Notes under the pieces: model-generated | What the model was told of the DNA's origin: nothing | Database searches by the model: none | The model's input: only the letters and a program-made list of their open reading frames with translations | NCBI GenBank assembly: GCA_964016885.1 | Contig: OZ024745.1 | Span: 70,432,001-70,496,000, forward strand | DNA: 64,000 bases | From: Eledone cirrhosa | Taxonomy: Eukaryota | Direction: 5' to 3' | Part shown: positions 59,838-64,000 of the stretch, in pieces | Layout of the letters: each line of letters begins with the position of its first letter | How positions within the stretch are numbered: position 1 is the stretch's first letter | Program-made: the position numbers and the translations under genes

Positions 59838-59905
59838 GCATATATATATATATATATATACATTGATAAATATGCTGGGTCCGTCAACCCTTATTATTAT
59901 TATTA

Positions 59906-59960
<55 letters not shown>

Positions 59961-59968
59961 TATCTATA

Positions 59969-60027
59969 ATTATTGTTTCTACATTTGGCACATGGCCAGC
60001 AATTACCCAGTGAATTACTGGTACTTT
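59969..60027 (-). mobile_element. SINE family A tail-only fragment
   Basis: ATTGTTTCTACATTTGGCACATGGCCAGCAATTACCCAGTG...GGTACTTT. Confidence 0.8.
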
Positions 60028-60034
60028 AATAATG

Positions 60035-60100
<66 letters not shown>

Positions 60101-60157
60101 TTGTAATAAAATGAAAATGAAATTTCATTTCTTACTCTTAGTCCAGCACTTACTTAA

Positions 60158-60351
60158 ATGTAAGTATGTATGTATACGTACATACATATATGTATACAGA
60201 CGTACAGTAGCATGCATATATATATATATATATATACATACAGGTACACATATATATATGTACGTATCAGTTTAGCGGTATATATATATATATGCATGCT
60301 ACTGTACGTATGTATACATATATGTATGTACGTATACATACATACTTACAT
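60158..60351. repeat. Inverted repeat (~75-bp arms) of microsatellite-derived sequence
   Basis: ATGTAAGTATGTATGTATACGTAC...CAGTAGCATGC versus GCATGCTACTG...GTACGTATACATACATACTTACAT. Confidence 0.9.
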
Positions 60352-60402
60352 ATATATATATATATACATATATATATATGTATATATATATGTATACATA
60401 TA

Positions 60403-60512
<110 letters not shown>

Positions 60513-60561
60513 TATATACATATTTAAAGAAGAGAGAGAGAGAGACAGAGGGAGAGAGAGG

Positions 60562-60633
<72 letters not shown>

Positions 60634-60900
60634 TGGGAGAGAGAGAGATGGGAGAGAGAGAGGGGGTGCGACATTCCTTTTAGAAAATATAGGAATTCAA
60701 AATGCTGAAAATAACTGCAATAAAGGTCGATCAGAGTAAATAATAGCTTAGGAAATCTCGTAAAAAAACCTATGCACCATTGTCGAGGTTATTATTTATA
60801 ACAATCAATTGTTGTCGCACCCATCTTCCACGTTTTGAAATGTTATATTATCTAAAAAGATTTCCATATCATTTCGCACTTCAATAGTTTATATAGAAGG

Positions 60901-60951
<51 letters not shown>

Positions 60952-60996
60952 GTATGTAACTGTGTGTTTGAGTATGTATATATGTATGTATTTATG

Positions 60997-61041
<45 letters not shown>

Positions 61042-61074
61042 GTGTGAGAGTGTGTGTGTATACTTTATTTGAAA

Positions 61075-61222
61075 TAGACTGCAGCTATGCTAGAGGCACC
61101 ACCTTGAAGAGATGTAATCGATCATATCGATTTCATTAGTTATTTTATATAGATCTGGTACATATTCGATCATATCCTTCTCTTTTCGTTTCGTCGAACC
61201 GCTTGGTTACGGGCCCTAAACA
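61075..61222 (-). mobile_element. Degenerate SINE-like repeat
   Basis: GACTGCAGCTATGCTAGAGGCACCACC...CGAACCGCTTGGTTACGGG; a related piece lies on the opposite strand at about 56670-56760. Confidence 0.45.
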
Positions 61223-62303
61223 ATATATATACATATATATATATATATGTGTGTGTATGTGTGTGTTTGTGTGTGCATAATGCTTATAAGAATTATATGT
61301 AAATGATATATATATATATATGAAATAAGAAGGCACACATGCGCAAATACACCCGCATGTGTGTATGAGTTTGTGTGCGCACATGAGTGTCTTTAACAAT
61401 ACGTTTCTTAGTGTATGTTATATAATGTATGGTATGTATACATATGTGTTTGTGGTATTATTTGTAAAATAGTTACATTGTTCTCTTTTATATCATGTTT
61501 GAGTAAATGAGGCTATAAAAATGATAATGTACTTCGGTGTATTTATATCACAAGAAAGATTTTCAGAGCTTATCGATTTTCTTTGATTGATGAAAGATAA
61601 TTAAAACATGTCTCCAGTAACTGCTAACGTGACCTCTTCAATGTGCTAATACACTAATTATAACAATAGCCCACATACTAATTTACAATAAGAAAATTAT
61701 ATGCTTTATATCTTTATATATTTTTCTTTTGTGTTAAACATACAGGAATATCAATAAAAATCACATATTTCCGGACATATGTTCAGTTTGGATACGTGCT
61801 GTAGTATTGCTCTATGGACATGGTGACCTGTGATTCGTTCGAAGATTTGATTCACAATTAGAAGTTTTTCGATGAACCTCTCATCATTAATGTTATCTTC
61901 AAAGTCACGGTCTTCAGAATATCACATCGTGGGGAATAGTTTAATCAAGATAATCAGAGCTTATTTATGATGGTGATAACCCATATTTTATTTTTTATTA
62001 AGGACACCCGTTTATCTGTTTTTGCTTTAAATGGAATTCAAAATTATTTCAACAATTATATCACGTAATTTATATAGTTATATAAATGTCATTTTGGCAC
62101 TTAAAAAACGAGCGTAGTTCAATATATATTTCATTATATTTTCCTTACGGAAATGATAAAACGAGATTACCAAGAAATTTTGTTTATCAAAATTTTGTTT
62201 TTATATTTTGTTTTTAAGGAAGTATTTCACACAAAAAACTAATGAAATTCAAGATTCCTATTATGGCGTATTTGCTGCTATCTTTAAGCTTACAGGAATT
62301 TGA

Positions 62304-62342
<39 letters not shown>

Positions 62343-62400
62343 TATGTGTATGTATGTATGTATGTATATATATATGTATGTATGTATATATATATGTATG

Positions 62401-62479
<79 letters not shown>

Positions 62480-62944
62480 ATATGTATATATATATGTATG
62501 TATATATATATATATATATATATATAGGTTTACGAAGCTATTCGAAGAGAATTGGAGCAGATTCGGCCGTAACCATACTCACACAATGATATAATGAGGA
62601 ATGCACACATACGTTGAACAGTAAGATAAACGACCTCGTGTAAATAATGATATTAGTATACTTAATATTCCAGACCAATGCATGATTTCTACATTCCCTT
62701 ATGTCAAAAATAGCTCCAGCTCGAAACACTAATCCTAATAGTTAGGCAATATCAGCAGGAATTGCGTAATCTCGCTCGGAATGCTTCTGAATGGCAAAGA
62801 TGAAAAACACTACAATGAAGGTAGTCAATATGTGAGAGTGTGTGGGGGGGGGGCGTGTGTGTGTGTGTGTGTGTGTATATGTTTGTGTGTGGGTGTGTGG
62901 GTGTGTGTGTGTGTGCGTGCGTGTGTGTGTCTGTGTCTGTGTCT

Positions 62945-63021
<77 letters not shown>

Positions 63022-63443
63022 GAGGAGAATGCTTAAGGTATCAGCAATAAGTGAACACTAGTATCTTAACTCACCAATATGACAGCAACCAGCATTTTTT
63101 CTCTTATTGCTAAATTTCGTTAACATATACACAATTCTTTAGAACAGATATTTTGTGCTGTTCCTGGATTTTGAAAAGATATAATGTAGTGTTTCTGTTT
63201 ACTTGTATAATCTCCATATCTACTCTGATCATATATATTTATGATGAAAGATGTCAACATGTCATATTTTTGTATATCTAGGATCAATACAAGCTCCAAT
63301 CTGTTGTTCCTTGTTAAAGGAAACAGAAACTGATTGAGGAGAACTTTTACTATAATTTCCAAGTAATAAAAAATGGAAAATAGCTCAGAAATTCGCTACC
63401 CCGACGCAGGATATACTCCTTTACACTTGCTTATCTCTCTCTT

Positions 63444-63487
<44 letters not shown>

Positions 63488-63490
<3 letters not shown>

Positions 63491-63796
63491 CGGTGATGAA
63501 CATTATTCAGCAGCTATGACTTCATCAGACAGCTAGAACTTGAACAGAAACAACAGAAAAACATAATGATGGAATAAAGTTTATCTCTGTTATTTCGATC
63601 TTTTGATATGGCTATATCAATATCAAAAGATCGAGATAACAGAGGTAAACTTTAATCCATCATTATGTTTTTTTCTTTTGTTTAAGCTCAAGCTGTCTGA
63701 TGAGGTCATAGCTGTTAAATAATTGGTATCACCGAAATATATATAACAGCGAATATGTATAAACGAAGTTAATTGGTGTTTGGCTTACACTTCTTG

Positions 63797-63800
<4 letters not shown>
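63488..63800 (+). mobile_element. Imperfect palindrome (arms ~120 bp) plus unique tail, between (TA)n tracts
   Basis: 63488-63609 matches the reverse complement of about 63620-63737; a tail runs to about 63800, then (TA)n. Confidence 0.9.
63692..63750 (+). ncRNA. Minimal type I hammerhead ribozyme candidate
   Basis: GCUGU-CUGAUGA-GGU(24 nt)ACC-GAAA-UAUAUA-UA-ACAGC. Stem I is GCUGU/ACAGC, stem II GGU/ACC with the canonical G-C, and stem III is short and palindromic; predicted cut after A63745. Confidence 0.75.
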
Positions 63801-63876
<76 letters not shown>

Positions 63877-63951
63877 TCTGTTAACACTACAAACACACAA
63901 CCGAGACTCCCTGATAACAGGACAACTTATTCGACTTTAATGAAACTACAG

Positions 63952-64000
<49 letters not shown>

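Overview
This is AT-rich, repeat-dense eukaryotic non-coding DNA. The microsatellite load and SINE types suggest a coleoid cephalopod (Octopus-like) intron or intergenic region; that assignment is inference. I cannot support any host protein-coding exon, and nearly all listed ORFs are translations of (TA)n, (CA)n, (GA)n or (GATA)n tracts. Recognisable content: an internally deleted Tx1/L1-clade retrotransposon flanked by GATA repeats (5849-8500, minus), RTE and CR1-like LINE fragments, a decayed maT-like Tc1/mariner transposase, and many copies of two tRNA-derived SINE families, several with target-site duplications. The most notable signal is a dispersed set of fold-back (palindromic) elements embedded in (TA)n tracts at about 14.9, 24.4-24.9, 38.6-38.9, 47.4-48.3, 59.0-59.5 and 63.5-63.8 kb. 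Several carry hammerhead-ribozyme core motifs (CUGAUGA...GAAA...UH), and those at 48.1 kb and 63.7 kb fold by eye into minimal type I hammerheads. They look like non-autonomous, inverted pLTR derivatives of Penelope-like elements. All folding and alignment was done by eye.
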